From positions 10,602,001-10,666,000 of the forward strand of contig OU015568.1 of assembly GCA_907165135.1 (NCBI GenBank): a DNA stretch of 64,000 nt. The letters are read 5' to 3'. This document shows, in pieces, positions 48,823 to 63,400 of the stretch (positions are counted from its first letter, which is position 1; every line of letters begins with the position of its first letter). A program made the position numbers and the translations under genes. This DNA comes from Oikopleura dioica (taxonomy: Eukaryota > Animalia > Chordata). The notes beneath the pieces were generated by a model. It worked only from the letters and a program-made list of their open reading frames with translations, made no database searches and had not been told where the DNA came from.

Positions 48823-50747
48823 TCAAAGGTCACAGAGCATTTTGCGACGTACACTTTCCACGTACTTTTTCGAAAAGGGATTGATCCTATTGTAGGCGTA
48901 GTTTTGAATGCGGTCGAAGTCCTAAACAAACGAGTTAATTTCCCAGATTGTTAAGAAAGTCCTACCTTTGGCTCTAGAAGTTTATTGGAACGGAGGGTTT
49001 GCATCACTTGAGACGAGTCACAACATTTTAGGAGTTTATCTTCGTGATAGAGGAAAATCGCTATGCACCAGCGGATGAGGACCTGAAAGATGGAGTGAAA
49101 ATAGAACCTTCGACTATCAATTTACCTTGTTCCCTTCGAAAAGAAACGCGTCCCAGATTTTCAGCGTCACTGTTATGTCTATCGATGGGTCGATAAAGAT
49201 AATTAGCAACCAGTTGGTAGCTACAGTAGCCACAGTATCAACATGGGGGTCTAGTGATCGTAAATGCTCGGAAAGTCGCGGAGCTAGAATAAAATCAACA
49301 ATTGCCGGAGAAAAAAAGCTACCTTTGTCTCGTAGAATTTCAGAAATTAGCGCTCCATCTGCTCTGATTCCACACATGTTTCCAGAGTAATAATCTTGCG
49401 GCAAAAACGACTCCGTAACGAGCCGTAAAAAGTAAAACGCATCTTCTTCGTAAAGATGTTCCAGCGCCAAACAAGCGATTCTGTTCAATCCCTGGCAATA
49501 GCCGATTTCTTTGTTGTAATTCGCGAATGCCCAGAGCACTCGGCGTAGTTTCTCGCGAAATTGAGGTGAATAGTCGTTGAGAAGCCATCGTTTTGTTCGA
49601 GGCAGATCTAGTGCGATTTGCTTGACGACGTCTTCGTGAGGCGGCTCGTTGGCGAGGGATGAGTAGAGACCGAGTCGCAGGACGATTTGGTCGTTCATCA
49701 ATGCTCGCCAAATTCGCGGACGAAATCGCGGAGGAACTCCTTGTCGGATCAGCAGTTTTACGTTGTTGTTGTTCGGCCAGTTACGATTGTTCTATGAAAA
49801 TAATTAGCTGCTCAACAATTGTTAGAAAAAACCTTGATTCCAGAGACGGTTTCTTCCCAAACACACGTCTCTGTATCTGGCGCTTCTTGATCCGCAACGA
49901 GGACAAACTCAGAATCTTCATCGACGCTAGTATTCTGTTCTTCGTCGTCTTCAATCAAAAAGGATTCCAAAAGTGATGAGTCGGACGCTTCTGAGTATTT
50001 TCGATGATTTTGAGAGGCGTGAAACGATGCCTGCATGACTTCGCATTTTCTTCTGCCGTTTAGCTCTAGAATTTCTTCATTGAGGAGCATGTTCTGTTCT
50101 TGATAGGCAAGAAGGGCGGTTTCTTTCTTCTTATTGTCATCTTTGAGGGTGAGAATCTCGTTTTTCAGCTGATTTATCCACTGAAAATCAGAATTATTCG
50201 ATTATTTTTATGAAAAAATTGACGTACCAAGCGCATGGTAGACTCTCCCTCGCGCAGCTGTTCATCAAGACTTCTATTTTTTGCATCAAGTTCGTGGATC
50301 AGCTTGTCTTTTTCTGTTAGCTTAATCATCATCAGCGAAAGCTGCTCTTGAAGATTTTCATTCTCCAACGCTAGGGCCGTTTCTGACTTTGTCGAAGATC
50401 TGCTTGATCGAGCTAAAATTGATTGAAACAAGATTGAAATGATCCTCGCGGTCAAATAAGCGCGTGGTAATAAATTAGCTCAAAACTGATTACGCGGGAC
50501 AATCAAATCTGGACCATGTGACAATTAATGAGCTCACAAGACTCCAGTTATATTTTTTACTGCAAAACAAAAGTTTACCTGAGTCTGACTCGTCGGATTC
50601 GATCGAGACATCTTCGTGGCTCGACCTCTGGCTGGATCGGAGCTCCGTCGAGGAAAGACTCTTCCTCGGCGGAGGAACGGGCAAAATTGACGATTCCAAC
50701 TCGAAAGCTTTCTTAATGCGTTTTGTCAGCTTTTTCGCTTTTCTCAT
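48823..50747 (-). CDS. TBC1D2: Coiled-coil plus TBC (Rab-GAP) domain protein, TBC1D2/2B-like
   Basis: IALDLPRT (R finger), IGYCQGLNRI (Q finger), EEDAFY, DYYS and KIWDAFLFEGNKV. The last exon is DFDRIQNYAYNRINPF...CDL*. Confidence 0.8.
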
Positions 50748-51494
50748 TATTTTGAAATGGTTGAATAGAGCGGTGATGGGGTAAATGCGATCGAGTAAAT
50801 AAAAACGGGATGTGACTGTTTTTCAACGAGTCATTCTCTTTTCATTTCACAGCAGGGGAATCTCTAATCGATATGAATAACGGGGAGATTTTCTCTTTTT
50901 AAAAAAGTTTATTGCACAATTAATAAAAATAGGTTGCAAGTGATGAAAACATAAATCCTTTTTCTTTATGAAATTTCTTCTCTAATTCTTGAGATCTCTC
51001 TGTCTGAGTTTAGACACAGTTTGATTTGTGATATGTTATCACTGATAGTCTACTGCGCGGATTTTCGACTCGCGCTCTTGCGCTAAAGCCACGAGTCGTT
51101 TTCTCAATTGGTTCGAAAAAGTGCTGGCTCACCGTGACAACACCAAATGCCAACGCAGATTTATTATCGATTCGCTTCAATGAAAAGTGATACAGTCGTA
51201 CCAACACCGTTCCTTTTTTCTTTACCCGTCTTCAGAGAGAGAATAAGGGTATCTTCTGAGACTTTTCTCTTTTGTTTTTCTTGTTTCTGTTTTTGAATTG
51301 CGTACGTGACAGTTTGGTTCAGCTACTCGACGCGAAATTGGCCAAACTCCGGTTTTTTCACACCATTTGTTATTGCAAAGTGTCTCAGAACGAGAGATCG
51401 CCGCCGTAAAATAACAAAAAAGAGAGATTTTCTTTATAAATATACAGAAAATGTGTGTAATTCTTGAAAGTTTAGACTGATCGAAAATCTGAAT

Positions 51495-54400
51495 ATGGAT
51501 GGGCAAGGAGATGTGCCGGTCGGGCCGGATGTACCGGCCCTGTCCCGACACATTTGCAACTCAACCCGCCTTCTGATCGACTGTGGAGCTAGCGATCCAC
51601 TCGAGCAGCTGTGCGTGGAAAAGAGTGAAATGATTAGAAAATTCGCTACTGATGTTGGTTGCCGTGCGCTCATGGTCGAGAAGAATATTCGAGGCACGGA
51701 TATTGACGAGGAGGCTGATATCACGTGGAGCATTTCCACTGATGTTAGATATGGAAGCGCCAGAGCAACGGGTAAAATTTTTTTTCGGAAACCAAATTTT
51801 AACGTTAATTCAGGAGTGATTTTTATCAAAACCGGCAACAGCATCGAAACAGACAAGCCAATTCCCGGTCAGCTTCAATCCATCGTTCTCCGGGAAGACT
51901 CCCTCTATGAAAGTCTCCACTTGTACCTATCCTGCGCTGTGTCCCCCTTCTTCAAGTCGTATCTCCGAGAATCTTCAAAAGTCGCCGATTCACGCGACTT
52001 CTCGGGCGACAAAATGGGCCCTAGCGTGGAGAAGAAATTAGTTGAATTAGAAATGGGACTGCTTCATCTTCAACAGAATGTCGACATTCCTGAAATCTTC
52101 CTGACTCCGCATCCTACTATTTCGCATATTATTAGAACTTGCAATGAACAAGGTACAGTTAGAAAAACTAATACAGATCCTTAAAAGCATCTTCTAGGAC
52201 GACGAGCACGAGTTCAAGACCTTGGCGCAAAGGTTGAAGACTCCACCTATCTGAACGGTCTCCAAAACTTGGTGAACAAGTGGATCAAGGAAATCCAAAA
52301 AGTAACACGAATGGAGCGCGACCCCTCTGTCGGAACAGCTCTTCAAGAAGTCTCCTTTTGGTTGAATCTCGAGCGCGCTCTGCTGCAGATTCAGGAGATG
52401 AGAGACTCCCCGAAGTCCAGCTAACGCTTGATATTCTGAAGCATGGCAAGCGATTTCACGCCACTGTGTCTTTCGATACTGATACAGGCTTGAAGCAGTC
52501 TTTGGCAAAGGTGAACGACTACTCGCCTTTGATGAAAGATTTCCCTCTGAATGAGCTTTTCGCTGCAACTGAAGTCGACAAGATCCGCGCGGCGGTGCAC
52601 TCGATCTTCTGTCACTTGAAAAAGATCCGCTCTTGCCAGGAATATCCAGTTCAACGAGCTCTTCGCCTGATTGAAGCCATCTCCCGTGATCTTGTCCAGC
52701 AGATGGTCAAGGTTCTTTCGACCCGACGGCTGATGCATATTCAAAACGACGACTTTGAAAAGATTCTCTACCAATGCTTCGAGGTATTCTCTGCCTGGGA
52801 CGAGCAATACGAGCAGCTCCAGGGCACCTTGAGAGATATCGCGAAAAAGAAGCGCGAAGAGCCTTTGAAGATTTCCTGGCGAGTGAATCCAGCTCACAAG
52901 CTTCTCCAAACTCGAATCGACCAGATGCGCAACTTCCGTCGACAACACGAGCAGCTCCGATCCGTCATTTCTCGAGTTCTCCGCGCTACGGAGGAAGAGA
53001 GCAGCGCTATTGGCGAGATCGATCAAGCCTACGAAGTCGTCAAGGAAGTCGACTGCCTCGACACAGCTAAAGAAGGAATCGAAGCTTGGGAATCTGCAGT
53101 GAAAAGATACGATGAACGCATTGATCGCGTTGAAAGCAGAATCACCGCTCGTCTTCGTGATCAACTTGGTCTTGCAAAATCTGCAAATGAAATGTTCCGA
53201 ATCTTTTCTCGATTCAACGCGCTTTTCATTCGACCTCATATTCGAGGAGCCATCCGCGAGTATCAAAATCAACTGATTCATCGAGTCAAGGAAGACATCG
53301 ACCAGCTTCATGAAAAGTTCAAAGTCCGTTATCCGGAATCGAGAGGTTGTGCATTTGCGGCCGGGCGAGACATCCCTCCTGTATCTGGAAATATCATCTG
53401 GGCCAAGCAGATTGAGAAGCAGTTGGAGACTTATCTAAGACGCGTAGAAGATGTTCTGGGAAAGAGCTGGCAAGATCACGCTGAAGGTCAAAAACTGAAA
53501 GAAGATGGAGATGCTTTCAAAGCGCTTCTTGATGCAAAACCTGCCTTTGACGCTTGGGTCACTCGTGTTCAAAATCGAAACTTTTCAATCACAGGCAAGA
53601 TCTTTGCAATTGAAAAGAAGCGATTGGAAACGGAGAACGAGGAAGACCTTGATGCGCGAATTCTTGAACTCAAGATCAACTTTCAGCAGGAGATCATCAC
53701 GCTTTCAAAGGAAGTTCGAAATCTGAAGTGGCTTGGATATCGAGTGCCATTGACCATCATCAACAAGGCGCATCAGGCGAATCAGCTCTACCCATTCGCC
53801 GTTTCTCTCACAGAATCTCTCAACACCTACCGAGCAGTAACTCGAAGAACTCAAGACCGTCCGTCATTGAAAACGCTTCTCGCTGAACGGATCAACCAGC
53901 TGATTGGAATGATTCACGAAGGCGCTGATCTCGTCTGGGACTCTTACAAACTCGAGTCATACACGCAAAAGTTTCAAGACGGTGTTTTTGCCTTCCAAGA
54001 AAAAGTTGAAGATCTCATCTCTCTTGATGACACCATTGCTGATCAAGTCAAGTTGCTCGCCACGTGCCCTTACAACTACAAGTCTTTTGTTTCGATCCTG
54101 AACAAGATCCAAGGGTCAGTTGATGAAATGGTGAATCATTTGTATTCGAACTTGCAATTTTGGGTCCAGCGCCTCGACCAGCAAATTGAACATATTCTTG
54201 CCACCCGACTTGAAGAAGCTCTTAACATTTGGGCTGATGAACTTGAAGGTAAGATATTTACAACTTATCAATTAGACACGGAAAACTTTTAAGAACTAAT
54301 GACCACCAGCGGTCCTACTGATGAAGGTTAAGGGTCTTGATACTAACGCTTTTAATTTTATTGAGGTGGCTTTGTGCTCAATGCTTTATTGCACGTGTTC

Positions 54401-57400
54401 GACTTCGGAAATTATCGGTCTCCCGTAATTCCAAAGTTTTGGTCATTTTCGCACTTTTATTCATTTCGAACTAAAAATATTCGAACTCGAGTTTTTTCGA
54501 GTTAGTAACTGCATGAAAGTCATTTGTGCTATCATGAAAATTAAATAAATTTTAGGTAAAATCCAAGAAATCGACGAGGACGAGGATGTTCCTGAGTCCC
54601 GACCTATTCCGCAGATCAAAAAGATCAGTTTGGAAATGCGACTCAACAACCAGGTGCTCTTCTGTCACCCGCCAACTCAGTCCGTTTATCAAAATCTTGT
54701 GAGACAAATGCAAGAATGGCAAAACATCATCCTCCGATTGCCACGTATCCAAGCTCATAAATACCAAGTCGGTGTTGTTGAGCGCCAGTCTGATATCGAT
54801 CTTCATTATCGAAGCGTCATCTCCAAATTGCCCTCTGGAAACATTACGTTGGACAACATCTATAACGCCGTGCAGAAGGTGAACTCTGAGGTGCAGGGCT
54901 ACGTCAGCAAATGGCTCCATTACCAATTCCTTTGGGACATGCAGCCGCAAGCTATCTACGACGCCATGGGTACTGACGTTGAAACCTGGCAGGCGATGCT
55001 CGTTGATGTCCGAAAACGCCGACAGACCTTCGACACCAGCGAGTCAGTTTTTATCACTGGCCCGGTCAACATCGAATTTGCCAAAGTCCAGTCAAAAGTT
55101 TCGCTGAAGTATGATGCTTGGCATAAAGAAATGCTTGCCTCTTTCGGAGCAATGATGAGCGATCACATGACCGACTTCCATGTTGAGATCTCACGAGCTC
55201 GATCCGATCTTGAAAATTCTACAACCGAATCTGCTCACACGTCTGACGCCGTTCAGCTGATCACTCAAGTTCAAAAGATGAAGCTCCAGATGAAAGAGTG
55301 GGAGACTAAAGTTGAACAGTACAAGACCGGTCAGAAACTCCTCGAGAAACAGCGTTACCAGTTCCCACAAAACTGGCTCTACATCGACAACATTGAAGGT
55401 GAATGGAGCGCATTCCAGGATATTCACAAGCGAAAAGACACTGCGATCCAATCACAGATTGCTTCACTTCAATTGCGAATTGTGTCTGAGGACAAAGTCG
55501 TCGAAGAAAAAACTGCAGATCTCTTGTCTGATTGGGACCGAGGCAAACCAGTTTCGCCAACCGTCAAGCCTGCTGATGCCCTTAACTCTTTGACCATCTT
55601 TAGCACTAAATTCCAGCGAATTGAAGACGATCGTGAGAATCAACGTCAAGCAAAGGAAGCTCTTGAGCTTACAGACAACTCATCATCAACATCTATTGCT
55701 GAGCGACTTACAGTCGCCCTTGAAGAGCTCAGTGATCTGAAGGAAATCTGGAGTGAGCTGGCTAAGGTCAGCAATCAGCTGGAGCAGCTCAAAGAGCAAT
55801 CGTGGCAAGTGATTCAACCAAGAAAAATCAGAAAGAATTTGGACGAGTTACGGGAACAAATGAAAAACTTTCCCGCTCGACTTCGTCAGTACGCATCGTA
55901 TGAGCATGTTCTTGGTCGAATCAAAGCTTATATGAAACACAACTGGATCATTGTCGAGTTGAAGTCTTCAACTGTCAAGGAGCGTCACTGGAAACAACTC
56001 ACTAAGAACCTCCGTGTCAGTTGGAACATGGTCGACCTTTGCCTTGGTGATCTTTGGGATCTCGATCTTGCACGACACGAGCAAGTTTTCAAAGATGTCT
56101 TGCTTGTCGCCCAGGGTGAAATGGCTCTCGAGCAGTTCCTCAACCAAGTCAAGGATGCCTGGCAAAATTACGAGCTGGATTTAGTCAACTATCAGAACAA
56201 GTGCAAGCTGATCCGAGGCTGGGATGATCTTTTCAACAAACTGAAAGAGCACATCAATTCTGTCTCTCAAATGCGCTTGTCGCCTTACTACAAAGTTTTC
56301 GAAGATGAAGCATCCAGCTGGGACGAAAAATTGAACAAGATGAATGTTATTTTCGACTTGTGGATCGACGTTCAGAGACGATGGGTCTACTTGGAGGGTA
56401 TTTTCACTGGATCCGCTGATCTGCCTCATCTCCTCCCGCAAGAGACGCAACGCTTCGCTTCTATCTCATCAGAATTTTTGAATTTGATGAAAAAAGTTTC
56501 TCGAGCACCGCTTGTTCTTGATGTTATCACCATTCCTGGTGCTCAGCGTAATTTAGAGCGACTTGGAGACCTTCTCGCAAAGATTCAAAAGGCTCTCGGT
56601 GAGTATCTTGAGAGAGAACGATCTGCATTTCCTCGATTCTACTTCGTTGGAGATGAAGATCTTTTGGAGATCATCGGTAACTCAAAAGCTATCGGAAAGC
56701 TTCAGAAGCATTTCAAAAAGATGTTTGCTGGCATCCACGGTCTTATTTTATCCGAAGATGAAAAAACCATCCTTGGTGTTTCTTCCAAAGAAGGCGAGGA
56801 ACTCAAATACATCAATCCGGTTGACACCGTGAAGTTCCCTAAAATCAACGAATGGCTCGGACTAGTTGAGAAATCAATGAAGGAGTCTCTTGCTACTGGC
56901 CTGGCTAAATCAACATCTTCCTATGCTGCTATCATGGCGAAAGAGAACCTAACCCCGCAAGATTTCTTTGAGTGGCTTGACAATTCGCAATCACAGCTTG
57001 TTGTCCTGTCTAGCCAAATCCACTGGACTGAAATGACTGAAAAAGCGATTGAAAGTGGCTCCATGGATTCTGCTCTTGCGAAGGTTGAATCTAACTTGAC
57101 TCTTCTGGCTGATTCCGTTCTTCAAGAACAACCACCAATCCGGCGCAAGAAGCTTGAGCACTTGATAATGGAAAGTGTCTATCAGCGCGATACCATTCGA
57201 GAGTTGAAAAAGCAGGGAATTTCATCTGGAAAGGATTTTGAATGGCTCAGCCAGATGCGATTCTACTACGACTCATCAAAGAATGTTCTTCAATCGCTTA
57301 CTGTGAAGATGGCGAATGCTAACTTTGATTATGGCTTCGAATACCTCGGCCTTACTGATAAGCTCGTTCAAACGCCTCTTACTACTCGATGCTGGCTCAC

Positions 57401-60400
57401 AATGACGCAAGCCCTTGATTCGCGGTTTGGTGGGTCTCCTTTTGGTCCCGCTGGTACCGGTAAAACTGAGTCCGTCAAAGCCCTGGGTAATGCTCTTGGT
57501 CGTTTCACGCTTGTCTTCAATTGTGATGAAACTTTTGATTTCCAAGCTATGGGTCGAATCTTCATCGGTCTCTGTCAGGTCGGTGCATGGGGCTGCTTCG
57601 ATGAGTTTAATCGTCTTGAAGAGCGAATTCTTTCAGCTGTTTCGCAACAGATTCAAACGATTCAAGAGTCCCTCAAACTTACGAAGAACTCCGCCATTGT
57701 TCCAAAGATACAGCTTCTTGGTAAAAATGTTAATGTCTCCAGCGACATGGCAATTTTCATCACAATGAATCCTGGATATGCTGGTCGATCCAATCTGCCT
57801 GATAACTTGAAGAAGCTCTTCCGGTCACTTGCCATGACTAAACCCGATCGCAAGCTTATCGCGGAAGTTCTACTCTATTCACAAGGCTTCCGAATGGCTG
57901 AACTGCTCTCCAAAAAGGTCGTTCCATTCTTCGAGCTTTGCAATGAACAGCTCAGTTCTCAATCTCACTATGATTTTGGTCTTCGAGCGCTCAAATCTGT
58001 CCTCGCTGCAGCGGGTAATGTAAAGCGAAATAAAATTCTTACGCTTATGAAACAAGCGGTGGATTCTGGCGATAGTGTTACCGAAGAACAGCTGGCCGAG
58101 CAACTCCCAGAGCAAGAAATTCTCATTCAGGCTATTTCTGAGACTATGCTTCCAAAGCTTGTTGCCGATGATATTCCATTGCTTCATTCACTTCTTGCTG
58201 ATGTATTCCCTGGAATTCCGTACAACCGAGCGGCGATGACAAATCTGAAAGAAAAAATCAAGATTGTCTGCAAAAACAACCACTACGTCTACGGCGATGC
58301 AGAAAACGAAGAAAACGGAAGTGCTTGGGTCGACAAAGTGCTTCAACTTTGCCAGATTCAAAATATTAATCACGGCGTGATGATGGTTGGTCCATCTGGA
58401 TCGGGTAAATCCGCCGCCTGGCAAACTCTTCTTGCTGCACTCGAGATGCTTGATGGTACTGAGGGCGTCGCTTACGTCATTGATCCAAAGGCTATCTCAA
58501 AAGAAGAACTTTACGGTAATCTGGACCCGAATACTCGAGAATGGACTGATGGTCTCTTCACTGCGATCCTTCGAAGAATCGTCGACAACGTCCGAGGTGA
58601 GTCCAACAAACGACACTGGATTATCTTCGATGGTGATGTCGATCCCGAGTGGGTAGAAAACTTGAACTCTGTGTTGGATGACAACAAGCTCCTCACATTG
58701 CCGAATGGTGAACGATTGAGCATTCCTCCTAATCTGAGAATCATGTTCGAAGTCGAGCACTTGAAATATGCGACCCTCGCCACCGTTTCTCGTTGTGGAA
58801 TGATCTGGTTCTCTGACGAAGTCTTGACCATTGATATGATCTGTCGATACTTCCTCAACTCACTTCAGCATAATTTGATCGAATCATCTGAAACTGGTAT
58901 CGCTGGAAAAGATGAAGAAGCTGAAGTTCTCGCAACTCAGGCGCAAGTCTGCTCCGCAATTGAAGAGTTCTTCCTTTCCGATGGTCTCGCTGCAAAATGC
59001 TTGGAATACTCCTACGAGTTGAATCATATTATGGAAGCCAACAAACTTCGCATGCTCGACTCTCTATTCTCCATGCTCCGCCAGGCAGTTCGATCGATTG
59101 TGCAATACAATCAAACCCATCCCGATTTCAATCTTTCCGCTGATATAGTAGAAAAGTACTGCCAGAAATTCCTCGTGTATTCGATGGTCTGGTGCTTCTC
59201 TGGTGATGGTAAACTATCTGAAAGGAAGCTGATGGGCGATTTCATTGCTCGATCAACTGTCATTCCTCTCCCGACTATTCCACCAGACGGATCCCTCATC
59301 GATTTCTTCCCTGAGATTTCGACCGGTGAATGGAGCATGTGGTCATCCAAAGTCCCACAAGTTGAGATCGAGACCCATCGTGTTACTGCGACTGATGTTG
59401 TCATTCCAACAATGGATACTGTTCGTCACGAATCATTGCTCTACACTTGGCTCGCTGAACACAAGCCCATCTGTCTATGCGGTCCTCCTGGTTCCGGTAA
59501 GACGATGACGCTGTTTTCGGCTCTCCGAGCTCTTCCTGACCTCGAAGTTGTCGGTCTAAACTTTTCGAGCGCTACGACTCCCGAACTTCTTCTGAAGACA
59601 TTTGAGCACTACTGCGAGTACCGACGAACGCCAAATGGAATAGTCATGGCACCAATTCAGCTTCAGAAATGGCTAGTCTTATTCTGTGACGAAATCAACT
59701 TGCCGGATTATGACGAGTACGGCACTGCCCGAGTTATTTCCTTCCTCCGTCAAATCATTGAGCGACAAGGATTCTACCGAAAATCTGATCAGCAGTTTGT
59801 CAAACTTGAGCGAATTCAAATCGTTGGCGCTTGCAATCCTCCAACTGATCCCGGTCGAAAGCCAATGACCGACCGTTTCTTGCGACACGTTCCTGTTGTC
59901 TATGTCGATTATCCCGGAAAAGAGTCTCTCACTCAAATTTACGGCACCTTCAATCGAGCCATGTTGCGAATGGTTCCAGACTTACGACCATATTCTGAAC
60001 CCTTGACAAATGCCATGGTCGATTTATACATACAATCTCAGGAGCGATTCACTCAAGATATGCAGCCTCATTATGTTTACTCTCCTCGTGAGATGTCACG
60101 ATGGGTTCGTGGTATTGCAGAAGCTCTCAAGCCTCTTGAATCTCTTTCTGTCGAAGGCCTTGTTCGTATTTGGGCACACGAAGCTTTACGTCTTTTCCAC
60201 GATCGTTTGGTCTACGACGATGAACGAAACTGGACCGAGACCAAGGTCGACGAAGTAGCGACAAAACACTTCCCGAATATGGACCGCCTCGAAGCTCTCA
60301 AACGACCAATTCTCTATTCCAACTGGCTGAGCAAGGACTACGTCCCTGTTGACCGTGAAGAGCTTCGTGAGTACGTGAAGGCTCGCCTCCGTGTTTTCTA

Positions 60401-63400
60401 CGAAGAAGAGCTCGATGTTCAACTTGTTCTTTTCAACTCTGTTCTCGATCATGTTCTTCGAATTGATCGTATTTTCCGACAACCACAAGGTCATCTTTTG
60501 TTGATCGGTACTTCTGGCTCTGGTAAGACCACTTTATCTCGCTTTGTTGCGTGGATGAATGGACTCTCGGTTTTCCAAGTGAAGGTTCATAGAAAATACA
60601 CCGGCGAAAACTTCGATGACGATTTACGAAATGTTCTCCGAAGAGCTGGATGCAAAGGCGAGAAGATCGCATTCATCATGGACGAGTCAAATGTTTTGGA
60701 CTCCTCCTTCCTTGAACGAATGAACACTCTTTTGGCCAACGGCGAAGTTCCTGGTCTTTTTGAAGGGGATGAGCTCTCAACGCTAATGACAATGTGCAAA
60801 GAAGGTGCCGCCCGAGAAGGTCTTATGCTTGACTCACATGATGAGCTCTATCGATGGTTCACTGGTGAAGTCACCAAGAATCTTCATGTCGTTTTCACGA
60901 TGAATCCAACTGACGATGGTCTCGCTGGAGCTGCAGCCACATCTCCTGCTTTATTCAATCGATGTGTTCTCAACTGGTTTGGCGATTGGAATTCTGAAGC
61001 TCTGTATCAGGTGGCTCTTGAATTCACCAACAAGATGGACATTGACAAAGCCGACTACAATCCACCATCGAACATGGCTCTTGCTTTCCCAGAAGCTCAG
61101 CAGCCTTTGACTCATCGAACAAGTGTTGTCGACACGGCTGTTTACATCCACAAGACTCTCCATGCTGCTGTTAAATCGCTTCAGAAACGAGGAGATGTCA
61201 CATTTACAGTGACTCCTCGACATTTCTTGGACTTTATCAACCAATTTACCAAGATGATGGGAGAAAAACGATCTGAGCTCACAGAACAGCAGATTCACTT
61301 GAACACTGGTCTCAAGAGAATCAAGGAAACAGTCCAGCAAGTTGACGAGTTGCGCAAAGAGCTGGCAGTCAAGAAAACTTCCCTCACAACTGCGAACGAC
61401 AACGCGAACGTGAAACTTCAGGCAATGTTGAAGGGACAGCAAGACGCAGAACAGAAAAAGAAGCAGTCGACCGAAATGCGTGCGAAGCTAGAAATCCAGT
61501 TGAAGGCCTGTGCCGAAAAGAAGGCAGAAGTCGAGCAAGATCTCGCAGGTGTGGAACCGGCTGTTGAAGACGCGAAGAATGCTGTAAAGAGCATCAAGAA
61601 ACAGAACTTGCAGGAATTGAAGGCACTCAACAACCCGCCTCCTGGTGTAAAGCTAGCTTTAGAAGCTGTCTGTATGCTCCTTGGTGAAGCATCATCTGAA
61701 TGGTCCCAAATTCGAAAAACTATCGTCAAAGACGGATTTATTGCCAGTATTGTCAATTTTGACTCTGAGCTGATTCCAGACAAGACGAGAAAGACTTTCC
61801 GATCAAACTTCCTCAATAATCCTGAGTACAGCTTTGAAAAAATCAACAAAGCATCCAAAGCTTGTGGACCTCTCGTCAAGTGGGCATCCGCACAGATTAA
61901 CTACTCGGACATGCTGAAGAAAGTTGATCCACTGCGTCAAGAACTGAAGTCGCTCATGGACGAGACCGAGCAAAATAAAAAAGAGTCAGCGGATATGGAC
62001 GCGCTCATCACTCAACTTGTCACAAAAATTGAGGAGTACAAGAAGGAATACGCTGCTTTAATCGCGAAAGCAGAAGCGATCAAGGCTGAGATGCAAACTG
62101 TCGAATCGAAGGTCAATCGATCCGAAGGTCTTCTCGCGAATCTTGGTTCCGAACGTGAGCGTTGGCAAGAGTCCTCAACCAACTTCCAGGCTCAAATGTC
62201 CACTCTTCCGGGAGATTGTCTTCTTTCCGCCGCTTTCGTATCATACGCTGGTTACTTTGACCAAGAAATGCGAGCCAACCTCGAAAGTGCTTGGAAAGAC
62301 CGTCTTCTGGAAGCTGAGATCACATTCCGCAAGTCTTTGTCGCAGTCTGAATATCTCTCAACCGTCGATAAGCGAATGGAATGGCAGCGAAATGACTTAC
62401 CAGTTGATGATCTTTGTATTGAAAATGCGATCATGTTGGAGCGATACAACCGATACCCTCTTATCATTGATCCTTCTGGACAAGCGACCGGCTACATCAA
62501 AAAGCAATATGCCGACAAGAAGATCGTGTCAACTTCGTTCCTTGACGATAGTTTCCGAAAACAGCTCGAGTCCTGCTTGCGATTCGGAAACCCTATCCTG
62601 GTTCACGATGCAGAATCATATGATCCGATTCTGAACCCAGTTTTGAACCGCGAAGTTCGCAAATCTGGTGGACGTGTTTTGATCACCATCGGCGATCAAG
62701 ACATTGATCTTTCTCCAAGCTTCAAGATTTTCCTCGCAACTCGTGATACGACTCATGAATTCTCTGCGCCCCTTTGCTCGCGTGTGACTATGGTCAACTT
62801 TACCGTCACCCGAAGCTCGCTTATGAGCCAGTGCTTGAGCTCTGTTCTGCGTGCTGAGAGACCTGATGTCGACGCAAAGAGAACTGACATGTTGAAGCTT
62901 CAAGGAGAATATCAGCTACGACTTCGCCAGCTCGAACAACAGCTTCTTTCAACTCTCAACGATGTCAAAGGAAAAATCCTGGACGACGATAAAGTCATAA
63001 CTGCTCTTGAAACACTCAAGAAGGAGGCTAAGGAAATAGCCCAAAAAGCGTCCGAAACAGAAGACGTAATGAACGAAATCGAGCGAGTATCTGCTACTTA
63101 CCAGCCTCTCTCAACCGCCTGTTCGTCCATTTTCTTTACACTTGACTCGCTACATAATATCAACAGGCTTTACCAATTCAGCCTCAACTTTTTCTTTGAT
63201 ATTTTCAACTCCGCCGTCGCTGATGGGCCTGCGGGAGCTACTGACAAGGCCGAGCGATTGGACAAAATCGTCAAATTCCTTTTCACGGCTACATATCTAC
63301 GAGCTTCTCGATCTTTGCTCCACCAGGATCGTATCTGTTTCGGACTCCTTCTCGCCAAGATTGAGCTCGAACTTTTCCAAAACAACATCGCGCTACCAGA

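Noticed and set aside
48647-48929. TBC gene ending only 7 bp before the next ATG via ORF 48654-48929
   Set aside because: The homologous TBC C-terminus is in another frame (DFDRIQNYAYNRINPF...*) and ends at 48823.
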